The position numbers and the translations under genes were made by a program. 40,605 nucleotides of DNA from the NCBI GenBank assembly GCA_033762295.1, contig JANRLW010000099.1, forward strand, positions 1 through 40,605. The letters run 5' to 3'. Positions within the stretch are counted from its first letter, which is position 1; each line of letters begins with the position of its first letter. Under the pieces are notes generated by a model, which was not told the origin of the DNA, made no database searches, and saw only the letters and a program-made list of their open reading frames with translations. Shown in pieces: positions 1 to 9,718 of the stretch. This DNA is from Capsulimonadales bacterium (GTDB lineage Bacteria > Armatimonadota > Armatimonadia > Armatimonadales > Armatimonadaceae).

Positions 1-2
1 GA

Positions 3-2189
3 GGTATCGGCTGGTATCGAAAAACCTTCGAAACGCCCGCCATCACCGACTCCAGGGTCTATCTCCACTTCGACGGCGTTTATTGCAATAGCGAAGTTTG
101 GATCAACGGTATCGTGCTGGGGCGGCGACCGAACGGATATATTCCGTTTCGTTACGATCTGACGCCCCACCTGACTGCCGATAGCCGTCAGGTGATTGCC
201 GTCCGGGTGGATCACACCCGTTTCGGCGATTCGCGCTGGTACACCGGGTCGGGAATTTACCGGAACGTTCGCCTGATCGTCACCGATTCGATTCTGATCG
301 GGCAGTGGGGTATTTTCGTCACGACCCCCGTGGTCCGCGAGGAACAGGCGCAGGTCCGTGTGGAGGTTCGCCTCGAAAACCATCTGCCGTCACCGGCCGA
401 GGTTCGTGTGGAGAACGTTCTGTTCGCGGCGGACGGAACGGTCGTCGGGGAGACGACGGTTTCGGTTTCGCTTCCCGAACTCGGAGAGAAGACGGTCGAG
501 GGGAGTCTGATCGTCGATCGCCCGGAACTCTGGTCCGTCGATCACCCCATCCTGTATCGCCTGCGGACCGTGGTTTATCGCGACGGTCAGGCGATCGACG
601 CCGAAGAGACGCCGGTGGGCATCCGTAGTTTTCGGTTCGATCCCGACCACGGTTTCCATCTGAACGGCGCAAACCTGAAACTGAAGGGGGTCTGCCTCCA
701 CGAGGATGCCGGGGCGTTCGGCGTGGCCGTTCCGGCGAAGGTCTGGGAGCGCCGATTGGAACGACTGAAGGAAGCGGGGACCAACGCTCTTCGAATGGCC
801 CACAACCCGCACCTGCCCGAACTGTACGATCTGTGCGACCGTATGGGCTTTCTCGTTCAGGAGGAGGCTTTCGATGAATGGGAGCAGGGGAAGAACAAGT
901 GGATTGCGGGCTGGAACGTCGGTACACCCGGCAAGGACGGATACCACGAACATTTCCGCGAATGGGCGGAGGCCGACCTGCGCGACATGGTCCTGAGCCG
1001 TCGAAATCATCCGTCCGTCATCATGTGGAGCATCGGAAATGAGATCGATTATCCCAACGATCCGTACACCCATGAGGTTCTGGATAACGGCACGAACCCG
1101 CAGAGTTTCGGTCGGGGGTATCGGCCTGACCTGCCGCATGCGAGCCGCTTGACGGAGGTCGCCCGCGAACTCGTTCGGACGGTGAAGCGTTATGACCCGA
1201 CGCGACCGGTCACGGCGGCTCTGTCGGCGGCGCTGATCGCCAACGAGATCGGTCTTGCCGACGCGTTGGATATCGTCGGCTACAACTACCAGGAGTACCG
1301 CTACCGCGACGATCATGCTCGGTTTCCGAATCGCGTTCTGTACGGGAGCGAAAACGGTATGCGGGAGGATTTCTGGCGTGCCGTGACGGAGAACGATTTC
1401 ATCGCCGGGCAGTTTCTCTGGACCGGGATCGATTATCTCGGCGAGGCCCACGGGTGGCCCGCACGAAGCAATACGGCAGGCATCCTCGACCTGGCGGGTA
1501 ATCGGAAACCGGAGTTTTACTTCCGCCGTTGCCTCTGGAACCCGGAACCGATGGTGTGGCTTGGCAGCCGGGAAGTTCCGACGGAGCAGGAGCAGGCCGG
1601 TCTCTGGAGTCATCAGAAGGCGCAGCCGGTCTGGGAGGGTCGCGAAGGCGAATCGATCCGGGTGGTCTGTTTCACGAACTGCGACACGGTGGAACTGTTC
1701 CTCAACGGCCGCTGGCTCGGGGTTCTTCCGCGGGAGGTCGACGGTCCGCATCTGGTGTTCCGGGACGTCGCGTACCAACCGGGAACCCTGACCGCCCGAG
1801 GGTTCCTGTCCGGTAGGGAGGTGGCATCCGCGTTCCTGCGAACCAGCGGACCGCCACGGAAACTTCGGGTCGAGGCGGATTCGTCGGTGTTGACGGCGGA
1901 TGGCCGCGACCTCGTTCACCTGGAGGTTCTGGTGACCGATGCGGACGGAACGCCCGTTTTCGACGGCGACCACGAAATAACATGGACCATTGACGGACCG
2001 GCCCGCCTGCTGTGTTTGGAAAGCGGCGACCCGGCCAGCCATGAGGACTATCGATCCGACCGGCGCAGGGCGTTCCGTGGGCGGTTGCTCGGATATGTCG
2101 GGTCAACCCGCGAATGCGGCGAAATAACCGTCCGTCTGACCGCGCCGGAACTGGAAGGCGCGGTCGTTACCCTGCGGTCGGAGGGGTAA
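3..2189 (+). CDS. Glycoside hydrolase family 2 (beta-galactosidase-like), 5' end truncated by window edge
   Basis: Frame is open from position 3 (GIGWYRKTF...LHFDGVY..SEVWING). GH2 motifs: SRWYTGSGIYR, LKGVCLH, NALRMAHNP, RNHPSVIMWSIGNE (acid/base Glu), FLWTGIDYLGE; C-terminal Ig-like domains. Confidence 0.93.
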   Translation, partial: GIGWYRKTFETPAITDSRVYLHFDGVYCNSEVWINGIVLGRRPNGYIPFRYDLTPHLTADSRQVIAVRVDHTRFGDSRWYTGSGIYRNVRLIVTDSILIGQWGIFVTTPVVREEQAQVRVEVRLENHLPSPAEVRVENVLFAADGTVVGETTVSVSLPELGEKTVEGSLIVDRPELWSVDHPILYRLRTVVYRDGQAIDAEETPVGIRSFRFDPDHGFHLNGANLKLKGVCLHEDAGAFGVAVPAKVWERRLERLKEAGTNALRMAHNPHLPELYDLCDRMGFLVQEEAFDEWEQGKNKWIAGWNVGTPGKDGYHEHFREWAEADLRDMVLSRRNHPSVIMWSIGNEIDYPNDPYTHEVLDNGTNPQSFGRGYRPDLPHASRLTEVARELVRTVKRYDPTRPVTAALSAALIANEIGLADALDIVGYNYQEYRYRDDHARFPNRVLYGSENGMREDFWRAVTENDFIAGQFLWTGIDYLGEAHGWPARSNTAGILDLAGNRKPEFYFRRCLWNPEPMVWLGSREVPTEQEQAGLWSHQKAQPVWEGREGESIRVVCFTNCDTVELFLNGRWLGVLPREVDGPHLVFRDVAYQPGTLTARGFLSGREVASAFLRTSGPPRKLRVEADSSVLTADGRDLVHLEVLVTDADGTPVFDGDHEITWTIDGPARLLCLESGDPASHEDYRSDRRRAFRGRLLGYVGSTRECGEITVRLTAPELEGAVVTLRSEG

Positions 2190-2193
2190 TCGG

Positions 2194-2238
2194 CGAATCC
2201 GTCCGGCGGAGGCGGCCATCCTCCGCCGGACGGATTCG
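2194..2238. terminator. Perfect 19-bp GC-rich inverted repeat after GH2 stop (terminator or RNA-stabilising hairpin)
   Basis: cgaatccgtccggcggagg (2194-2212), 7-nt loop, cctccgccggacggattcg (2220-2238). No adjacent U-tract. Confidence 0.6.
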
Positions 2239-2259
2239 GAGCGGATCGTCCGTTTCGGC

Positions 2260-2289
2260 TTGTTTTCTCGCAATCACCTGCTATACAAT
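2260..2289 (+). promoter_or_regulatory. Candidate sigma70 promoter for PPi-PEPCK
   Basis: TTGTTT (2260-2265), 18 nt, TACAAT (2284-2289); AAGGA upstream of ATG 2365. Confidence 0.45.
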
Positions 2290-2364
2290 CCCTCCGGGAG
2301 CCCCTTCGATGTCGAACTCGCCCCGCCCGTCGACCGCACATCCCACGCGTAAGGAAAAGCGAGA

Positions 2365-5300
2365 ATGACTGATCTGCTGGCACGTGCCGGTCTCGGACCG
2401 GAAGCGCATTCCTCCACGGCGGGCCAATCCCGCTGGATCGACTACATCAACCTGAAACTGGCCTTTCTGAACTGCCCCCCGCTCGATTCCGCCGTCGATT
2501 CCGAACTGTACGACATCGCCTCCGCCGTTCTGTCCGCCCATCACGAAACGCAGCGTCTCCTGTTCGATCGGCTCTGTCCGGCCGATCAACGCATCCAGTC
2601 CTTTCTGGATCGAATGTTCGATGACTGTGGTCCGGTGCCGCACCTGCCCGCCCGGACGTTCGTCCTGGACCGTTACGGGCTGGCACGGATTCTCTCGCTG
2701 CCTCCGGGCACCGATGAGTTCAAGTCGGAGATCGTGCATTCCTATCGCCTGAAAAACGGGGTTCTGCACAATCCGAAAAGCGACCGCCGCACGACCGAAG
2801 GTATCTTCCATGTCGCCGATTGCGGACTGCCGATTCCCGATGATAAACGCGTGGCGCCGAAAGGCGTCTTCCTCGAAATGCTCCGGCGCGCTCTCGCCCC
2901 GCCCGCTTCCCTGAAACGTCTGCCGTTTACGTCGGGCCAGACCCGCGAGGCGGAATGCCTGGTTTCCCTGCTGCTTCGTCCGATCGTCTGCCCGGAAGTG
3001 CCCGGTTTTACGCCGGAGAAGACGATGGAGATCCGATTCTTCGTACCGGGGAACCTCGTCTGCAATCTGGATTTTGTCGAGAGTATCTTCGGCAATGCCG
3101 GTGACCCGATACTGCCCGAGAACGATGCCGCTCTGGACACCGAACACTGGACCGGTCATACGGGATGCGTCATTCTCGCGCCGCATCTCGTGACCGTCAC
3201 CAAGAAGCAGGCCGGTCTTCCGCACTGGGACTACGCCACGGAACGACAGCGTCACGATCGAATGTGCTGGAAATCGGAGGACGAACTCTACAACGACGGG
3301 GTGGCCTTCAAACTGACGTGTCGCGACGAGCAGGGGGTGATCGTCACGATCATCGCGGACAACTACTTCGGTTACTGCAAGAAGGAAGTCAAAACCCAGA
3401 TCAGCTTTGCCGCGAACCTGTACGGGTTCTGCGAGGAGGAGCATGCCGGGGGCGCACTGGTGGTCCCGAGTTACGATCTGGGTGAGGAGTTCAGCGGCGA
3501 ACTGCACGTGCCCAATCTCGGCTATTCCTTCCGGGAGGTGGTCGAACTGTTCGGCGACCGCATGGACGTCCATCCGGACGGCTACGCGGTCGATCGGCGT
3601 TACCCGGACATCCTTTACGTACAGGAGGACGTCCGCGTCGATCTGGCGAAGCAGCGTATCTTCTGGACGCTTGACGGCACGGAGCGGTCGCTGAAACTTC
3701 TTGGCGGTCACACCTACGTCCGTCCGACCGGGTACCGGATCCAACTCGCAAAGTTTCCGGGGACTTCCTCCTGGCGTCTGGTGGGCACCCGCGCCGAGGG
3801 AACGTTCTGCCACAAACCGTGCACGGTTTCCGGCGGCGGAAAATCCGAGATCTCCAAGCCGATCACGGACGCCATTTTGCAGGGACCGGTGTTCGTCGCC
3901 GACTTCCGAAACGATTTCGATCAGGTGGAACAACTGATCAATCGCAGTTACTCCGATCGATTCCGCGATCCGTCCTGGCGCGGTCGTGACAGCCGGACGC
4001 TGCTCAGTCCCGATCGATCGCTGGGTTCGGTGATCAAGATGCTGACGCCGTCCTCGCGTGATTTTTCCGATGAGTACAACGAATGGCTGCGGTCGATTCC
4101 GCAGTATATCAAGGAACTGGTGTTCGTGGTCAAGCGGGTCTACAAGCCGGAATGGAACGGCCAATGGCGCGAACATTTTGGTGTGGACGTCATTAACGGA
4201 ACGCCCGGAAACGAGTTGCGTTTCCACAATCGTCGGGTCATGTCGAGCTTTTTGCGGGTCGGTTATGAGAAGGACGGTTCGTGGCGAACGTTCGGACTCC
4301 GTAAGGACTTTCACGCGGCTTTTAAGCTGGCGCAGGAGGACGATATCAGCGCGTCGGTGATCGTTCCTCTCCGTTTCGTCGAGAACGGCAATCCGGAGTA
4401 TCAGGACCAGCCGTTCGTGAAGTTTGTCCGGAACTGTGAGTATCGTTTGTTTCAGCGGCCCGACGATGCGGTCCGACCGGGTTACGATCAGCAGACGGAA
4501 GCCGACTTCGTTCGTAACGACAACTTCCTGTCCAATTACGAACCGCTGACGCCCGACGATGCCCGCGAACTGACGGAGGATACGATCGGGTTTGACGCGT
4601 TCACCGCGCCGATGCGCGAGTTTATCCGCGAGGTCGCCGAAACGGACGGTTCGGCCTACTTCGCTTGCTCCGCGCATCCGCGTCTGGTCGACGGCAAACC
4701 GACCAAGAACCCCCGTTATCTTCAGGTTCGCCCGGACGTGGTTCGTCCGCGCGACGTTTACCTGACCGAAATGGCGATACGAATGCACCGTCGCATCCCC
4801 CTCGGCAAGGCGGTACCCACGCCGGTGGATGCGGTGCTTCCGGGGCGGCGCAACAACCCGCCCGATCATGCCGCCGGAATTCCCGCCCTGGCGGTCTTCA
4901 ATCCGATCCACTACCTGGAAACGCCCGAACTCTTCATGGAGTTCATCTCGAGTATGACCGGGAAGTCCCCGTCCACGACCGGAGCCGGTTCGGAGGGAGC
5001 CCTGACGAAGGCGCCGTTCAACGCGCTTTTGCCGATCCTTGACCTGAATAACGCGTTCGTTTCTCATCTGCTGACCGGGGTGCCGACCTTTATCACGGCG
5101 GCGGGTTATGTCGGGCCGCATCTGCGCGTCGACCATGACATCAGTCTGCTCGTTCCTGAGGTCTGGTGTCGGATGTCGGTGCAGGAACGTGATCCGAGCT
5201 ACCTGATGGCGAACGGTTATCTTGAGAAATGTGAGGATTTCGAGTACGAAGGACGGACCGTTCTCAGCAGTCGGCTCGGGTACCGGATAACCCGGCGGTT

Positions 5301-5796
5301 CGTGCGCCATTTCTTCGGCCGCATCTTCAACCATCCTCAATTCCTGTTTACCGAGGAGATGTTGCGGCCGGAAAAGCAGGATCAGGCGATTCTGGTCGAG
5401 GGGGTGGATACGATCGTCCGCACCCACCGGCGTGTGGCCGAACACTACTTCCGCGATGGCAGTATCGACCTTGCCTGTCCTCCCCTTCGGGTTCTCCTGC
5501 ATATCATGCGCGACAACGCCTTCGAAGGAAAGACGCTGCGCGATCCGGAGATCCGCTCGCTGTTCACCCGGGAAAGCCTGCTGGCGAGTCCGTGGTATGC
5601 GGAGCACGTTTGTAAAAAGCAGGCGGGCGATATCGCCCGTTGGGAGCGCAATATCGCCTATCTGGAGGCATTTCTGGCGCGTCCGAATTATGCGGAGGAG
5701 GCGCAGCGACTGGGGATACCCGGACGTCTGGAGGCGGCAAGGCGGTACCTGGCGGAGGCGCGATCGGACGGGTACCGTGAACGCTTCCTGGTCTGA
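2365..5796 (+). CDS. Pyrophosphate-dependent phosphoenolpyruvate carboxykinase (PPi-PEPCK / PEP carboxytransphosphorylase)
   Basis: 1143 aa, the size typical of this family. Motifs NGVLHNPKSDRRTT, NLDFVESIFGNAGDP, IADNYFGYCKKEVKTQ, EEEHAGGA, CHKPCTVSGGGKSEISK (P-loop-like), TGKSPSTTGAGSEGALTK match my recollection of the Entamoeba/Propionibacterium enzymes. Confidence 0.88.
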   Translation: MTDLLARAGLGPEAHSSTAGQSRWIDYINLKLAFLNCPPLDSAVDSELYDIASAVLSAHHETQRLLFDRLCPADQRIQSFLDRMFDDCGPVPHLPARTFVLDRYGLARILSLPPGTDEFKSEIVHSYRLKNGVLHNPKSDRRTTEGIFHVADCGLPIPDDKRVAPKGVFLEMLRRALAPPASLKRLPFTSGQTREAECLVSLLLRPIVCPEVPGFTPEKTMEIRFFVPGNLVCNLDFVESIFGNAGDPILPENDAALDTEHWTGHTGCVILAPHLVTVTKKQAGLPHWDYATERQRHDRMCWKSEDELYNDGVAFKLTCRDEQGVIVTIIADNYFGYCKKEVKTQISFAANLYGFCEEEHAGGALVVPSYDLGEEFSGELHVPNLGYSFREVVELFGDRMDVHPDGYAVDRRYPDILYVQEDVRVDLAKQRIFWTLDGTERSLKLLGGHTYVRPTGYRIQLAKFPGTSSWRLVGTRAEGTFCHKPCTVSGGGKSEISKPITDAILQGPVFVADFRNDFDQVEQLINRSYSDRFRDPSWRGRDSRTLLSPDRSLGSVIKMLTPSSRDFSDEYNEWLRSIPQYIKELVFVVKRVYKPEWNGQWREHFGVDVINGTPGNELRFHNRRVMSSFLRVGYEKDGSWRTFGLRKDFHAAFKLAQEDDISASVIVPLRFVENGNPEYQDQPFVKFVRNCEYRLFQRPDDAVRPGYDQQTEADFVRNDNFLSNYEPLTPDDARELTEDTIGFDAFTAPMREFIREVAETDGSAYFACSAHPRLVDGKPTKNPRYLQVRPDVVRPRDVYLTEMAIRMHRRIPLGKAVPTPVDAVLPGRRNNPPDHAAGIPALAVFNPIHYLETPELFMEFISSMTGKSPSTTGAGSEGALTKAPFNALLPILDLNNAFVSHLLTGVPTFITAAGYVGPHLRVDHDISLLVPEVWCRMSVQERDPSYLMANGYLEKCEDFEYEGRTVLSSRLGYRITRRFVRHFFGRIFNHPQFLFTEEMLRPEKQDQAILVEGVDTIVRTHRRVAEHYFRDGSIDLACPPLRVLLHIMRDNAFEGKTLRDPEIRSLFTRESLLASPWYAEHVCKKQAGDIARWERNIAYLEAFLARPNYAEEAQRLGIPGRLEAARRYLAEARSDGYRERFLV

Positions 5797-5802
5797 GCCG
5801 TT

Positions 5803-5831
5803 TTGCGCGTTCGACAACGCTATGGTATAAC
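5803..5831 (+). promoter_or_regulatory. Candidate promoter of rpsB operon
   Basis: TTGCGC (5803-5808), 17 nt, TATAAC (5826-5831) with extended TG at 5823-5824. Confidence 0.55.
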
Positions 5832-5837
5832 AGTCGG

Positions 5838-5977
5838 GTTTTCAAGTACGCACCCCGTTTGCCCCTCCGTTTCGGAGGGGGTCCTTCGGTCCTCGGCACG
5901 GTAGCATTGAGGCGGAACGGGGGAGGGGCGTTTCGACCGGGCGACCGGCGACGCCGGAAAACCGGAAGGAACCATCC
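5838..5977 (+). ncRNA. Structured rpsB 5' leader (probable S2 autoregulatory leader)
   Basis: About 140-nt UTR with hairpin cccctccg-ttt-cggagggg and long-range ccccgtt/aacgggg pairing; position matches known rpsB leaders; SD GGAAGGA. Confidence 0.5.
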
Positions 5978-7051
5978 ATGGCAACGATCGCGATGAAAGA
6001 CCTGCTCGAGGCAGGCGTACATTTCGGACACCAGACCCGGCGTTGGAACCCCAAGATGAAGCGTTACATCTACGGGTCGCGCAACGGTATCTACATTATC
6101 GACCTGCACCAGAGCCTGAAACTCTTCGATGAGGCATCCAACTTCATTCAGCGGGTGGTGCAGGATGGCGGTACGGTGCTCTTTGTCGGCACCAAGAAGC
6201 AGGCCGCGGACGCCGTTCAGGAAGCGGCGGTTCGTTCGCGCCAGTATTTTGTCAATTCCCGCTGGCTGGGTGGGATGCTGACCAACTTCCGCACGATCCA
6301 GTTGCGGATCGCCCGGCTCCGGGATCTTGAGATGATGGAGCGGGACGGAACGTTCCTCAAGCTGACCAAGAAGGAAGCGGCGATTCTCGGGGAGGAGAAG
6401 GAAAAGCTGGAACGCGTTCTGGGCGGCATCAAGGATATGCCCCGACTGCCTTCCGCTCTCTTTGTCGTCGACCTGAAGAAGGAGCATATCGCGGTCAAGG
6501 AAGCGCGCTCCCTCGGCATTCCGATCGTCGCCATTGTCGACACCAACTGTGATCCGGACGAAGTCGATTATGTTATTCCGGGCAATGACGACGCGATCCG
6601 CGCGATCAAGCTGATCTCGAACAAGATCGCCGACTCGATAATCGAAGTGAAACAGCATGAGTGGGATGAACTGCCGACGACGGCCGACGGCACGGTCGCG
6701 ATGGAAGGATCGGTTGAGGCGGAGATGCTGAGCAAGGAAGCGCGCCGTCGCCAGATGGAGGAGGACGCTTCCGGCTACGATCTGGAATATGATGCGGAAG
6801 GTCGTCCGAAGGGGATTCCCGATGTTGCGGAACTGGCCGCGCCGTTCTCGGATTCGCTGAACGAGACGAGCGGCACCGAAATGTTCGCCGTCGCGACGGA
6901 GGTTCCGAATGAGGGAGCCCCGGAAGGCACGACTCCGGAGGCGGTGATTCAGGGGAACGATCCCCAGGGAACGGGCAGCGATGCGCCGGACAATCGGGGC
7001 GGCGATTCGCCGACCGAAGAGGCGCAGAGCGTCGGCGACGGCAACGCTTGA
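5978..7051 (+). CDS. rpsB: 30S ribosomal protein S2 with long acidic C-terminal extension
   Basis: [47 protein letters not shown]; followed by tsf. Confidence 0.99.
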   Translation: MATIAMKDLLEAGVHFGHQTRRWNPKMKRYIYGSRNGIYIIDLHQSLKLFDEASNFIQRVVQDGGTVLFVGTKKQAADAVQEAAVRSRQYFVNSRWLGGMLTNFRTIQLRIARLRDLEMMERDGTFLKLTKKEAAILGEEKEKLERVLGGIKDMPRLPSALFVVDLKKEHIAVKEARSLGIPIVAIVDTNCDPDEVDYVIPGNDDAIRAIKLISNKIADSIIEVKQHEWDELPTTADGTVAMEGSVEAEMLSKEARRRQMEEDASGYDLEYDAEGRPKGIPDVAELAAPFSDSLNETSGTEMFAVATEVPNEGAPEGTTPEAVIQGNDPQGTGSDAPDNRGGDSPTEEAQSVGDGNA

Positions 7052-7123
7052 TCCGCATCGGAGCGGGAGGACACGGGGAAACGTGTTGCTCCGTCGGTAC
7101 GAAGCGGAATCGGGTACAATCTA

Positions 7124-7151
7124 GGGGCGCGGCAGAGTCTGCGCCCTTTTT
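7124..7151 (+). terminator. Intrinsic terminator/attenuator between rpsB and tsf
   Basis: ggggcgc-ggcagagtct-gcgccc followed by TTTTT. Confidence 0.55.
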
Positions 7152-7210
7152 GGTGAGTCGCGGGTACCGGAGTTTTTCTCCTGCCGGACACCGATAAAGG
7201 AAGGTAAATT

Positions 7211-8134
7211 ATGGCAGCGATTACGGCGTCGCTGGTCAACGAACTTCGACAGTTGACCGGCGCGGGAATGATGCAATGCAAGGCGGCCCTGACGGAAGCG
7301 GAGGGCGACCTGCAAAAAGCGCGTGAAATCCTTCGTATCAAACTCGGCAAGAAGGCCGAAGGTCGTCTGGAGCGACAGGCGTCCGAGGGCGCGGTTTTCG
7401 CCCGGATTTCGGCGGATCGTCGCATTGGCGTCATCATCGAACTGAACTCCGAGACGGATTTCGTCGCGCGAAACGATCAGTTCAAGGCGCTCGGGCAAAG
7501 CCTGGTCGAAAAGCTGCTTTCCTATGCGGCAGGCACCGTTCCGGCGGATCAGGACGCTTTTCTGGCGGATACGATGGAGGAAGGCAAGACCGTCGCTGCC
7601 TATATCAACGATGCGGCGGCTCCGATCGGTGAAAAGGTGGCTCTCGGTCGGTTCGAGCGGTTCGGCGCTCCGGAAGGGAACGCGGTCGCCGCCTATGTTC
7701 ACAATCCGGGTGGTTCCGGCGATGACGGCGGGCGGATCGGGGTTCTGGTCGAACTGACCGGCGCGGATGCCGATGCGCTTTCGACGCTCGGACGGGAAAT
7801 CGCGCTGCATATCGCCTCTTCGAATCCGCAGTATCTGGCGGAGGGCGATGTTGAACCGGCGATGATCGAGAAGGAGCGGGAAATCGCCCGTGCGCAGGCG
7901 GCGGAGGACCCGAAAATGGCGGGAAAACCGGCACAGGCGATCGAATCCATGGTCAATGGCCGGGTGCGCCGCTTCCTCGAGGAGACCGTTTTGCTGAAAC
8001 AGGCGTACGTTCGTGACCCGGCCAAAACGGTCGAGGCGATCGTGAAGGAGACGGCGGGCGCAGGTATCGTCCGGTTCGTCCGCTTCAAGGTCGGGGAACT
8101 GCAGGCCGATCAACCCGCCGAAGAACAGGCGTGA
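7211..8134 (+). CDS. tsf: Elongation factor Ts
   Basis: [45 protein letters not shown]; synteny. Confidence 0.98.
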   Translation: MAAITASLVNELRQLTGAGMMQCKAALTEAEGDLQKAREILRIKLGKKAEGRLERQASEGAVFARISADRRIGVIIELNSETDFVARNDQFKALGQSLVEKLLSYAAGTVPADQDAFLADTMEEGKTVAAYINDAAAPIGEKVALGRFERFGAPEGNAVAAYVHNPGGSGDDGGRIGVLVELTGADADALSTLGREIALHIASSNPQYLAEGDVEPAMIEKEREIARAQAAEDPKMAGKPAQAIESMVNGRVRRFLEETVLLKQAYVRDPAKTVEAIVKETAGAGIVRFVRFKVGELQADQPAEEQA

Positions 8135-8931
8135 GCGAGGGTATTCCAGGCGTGGAAATCGAATCGTCCGTAAATTTGACGACGGAGACGTCCGACGCTC
8201 CTCCCGCCCGCTCCCGGTTCGGGCGCGTCCTCTTAAAACTCTCCGGCGAGGCGTTCGCCGGAGAGCAGGGGTTCGGCATCGATCGAGCAATGGTCGGAAA
8301 GATCGCGTCGGATATTGCCGATGTGGCCCGTGAAAATGTGGGGATCGCCGTCGTTGTCGGAGGCGGGAACATTCTGCGCGGGTCCGCCATCTCCGGCGAG
8401 GGCGGGATGGAACGCGCCACTGCCGATTATGCCGGAATGCTGGCGACCGTCATTAACGCGGTGGCTCTGCAGGACGCGCTGGAAAAGCGGGATGTCCAGA
8501 CCCGGGTGCAGACCGCAATCCCGATTCCGCAGGTGGCCGAACCGTTTATTCGACGTCGTGCCATTCGGCATATCGAGAAGGAACGGGTGGTGATTCTGGC
8601 GGCCGGCACGGGGAATCCCTACTTCACGACCGATACCGCGGCCGCCCTACGCGCACTGGAAATCGGGGCGGATGTCGTCCTGATGGCCAAAAACGGGACG
8701 GATGCCGTTTATGACAAGGATCCCCGCAAACATCCGGACGCGGTGCCCTATCGGACCCTGGCGTACGAAGAGGCGATCGCCCGAAAACTTCGGGTGATGG
8801 ACCTGACGGCTTTCGCCGTTTGCATGGAAAATGATCTGCCGATCATTGTGTTCGATATCTCCGTACCCGGCAATATTCGCCGTGCCGTGCTCGGGGAACC
8901 TATCGGAACGCTGGTCGGACGAATCAAGTAA
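8131..8931 (+). CDS. pyrH: Uridylate kinase
   Basis: [46 protein letters not shown] overlaps the tsf stop (GTGA); the true start may be slightly downstream. Confidence 0.98.
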   Translation: MSEGIPGVEIESSVNLTTETSDAPPARSRFGRVLLKLSGEAFAGEQGFGIDRAMVGKIASDIADVARENVGIAVVVGGGNILRGSAISGEGGMERATADYAGMLATVINAVALQDALEKRDVQTRVQTAIPIPQVAEPFIRRRAIRHIEKERVVILAAGTGNPYFTTDTAAALRALEIGADVVLMAKNGTDAVYDKDPRKHPDAVPYRTLAYEEAIARKLRVMDLTAFAVCMENDLPIIVFDISVPGNIRRAVLGEPIGTLVGRIK

Positions 8932-9012
8932 AAAGAACATAAACGGCGGAGGGAAAGGGGAAGCCTGGCGATACCCCGGCCCCCTGCCTTCCGTCGTGAC
9001 GGAAGGAACCCA

Positions 9013-9564
9013 ATGACACCCTCTGACATTCTTCGCGATGCGGAAACCCGCATGAAAAAGACGCTGGAATCGGCTCAGGCCGATTTCGCGACGCTGAGAA
9101 CGGGCCGGGCGAACCCCTCGCTGCTCGATTCCCTGAAGATCGAGTACTACGGTCAGCAGATGCCGGTCAACCAGCTGGGAACGGTGACCGCGCCGGAACC
9201 GCGGGTTCTGGTCATTCAGCCCTGGGATCGGGCATCGCTTTCCGCGATCGAAAAAGCCATCACCAAATCCGATCTCGGCCTTTCCCCCAATAACGACGGG
9301 GTCGTCATCCGCCTGAACATACCGCCGCTCACCGAGCAGCGGCGTAAGGATTTCGTCAAGCAGTTGGCGAACAAAGCCGAAGCAGGACGGGTTGCGCTGA
9401 GAAATATCCGACGGGACGCCATCGAACACGGTAAAAAAGACGACGAAATTACCGAAGATGATGTCAAGCGACTGGAAAAGGACGTGCAAAAACTTCTGGA
9501 TCGCTATGTCGCGGAACTCGATTCCCTGCAAAAAACCAAGGAAACCGAGCTCCTCGAGACCTGA
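9013..9564 (+). CDS. frr: Ribosome recycling factor
   Basis: LRTGRANPSLLD, IQPWD, IPPLTEQRRK, RNIRRDA; synteny. Confidence 0.98.
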   Translation: MTPSDILRDAETRMKKTLESAQADFATLRTGRANPSLLDSLKIEYYGQQMPVNQLGTVTAPEPRVLVIQPWDRASLSAIEKAITKSDLGLSPNNDGVVIRLNIPPLTEQRRKDFVKQLANKAEAGRVALRNIRRDAIEHGKKDDEITEDDVKRLEKDVQKLLDRYVAELDSLQKTKETELLET

Positions 9565-9619
9565 TTCTAACCGACGGCGGCAATTTTTCCGGTTTTTCCG
9601 GTCCGAAACGTGAGAAACG

Positions 9620-9649
9620 TTGGGCAAGAACCCCGCTATGGTGTAGAAT
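9620..9649 (+). promoter_or_regulatory. Candidate promoter for uppS-SRPBCC
   Basis: TTGGGC (9620-9625), 18 nt, TAGAAT (9644-9649). Confidence 0.45.
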
Positions 9650-9718
9650 GAGTCCAAAGCACTTTATCTGACAAAGTGCGTTTCGGGCAAGACCCGGATG
9701 CGCACGGCAAGGGGATGA

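Noticed and set aside
2281..5817. 1178-aa antisense ORF over the PPi-PEPCK gene
   Set aside because: It mirrors a well-supported gene and has no recognisable motifs. Long stop-free antisense frames are expected from high-GC codon bias.
7115..7120. TACAAT as an internal tsf promoter
   Set aside because: No properly spaced -35 or extended TG, and it sits directly before a terminator-like hairpin; too weak to call.
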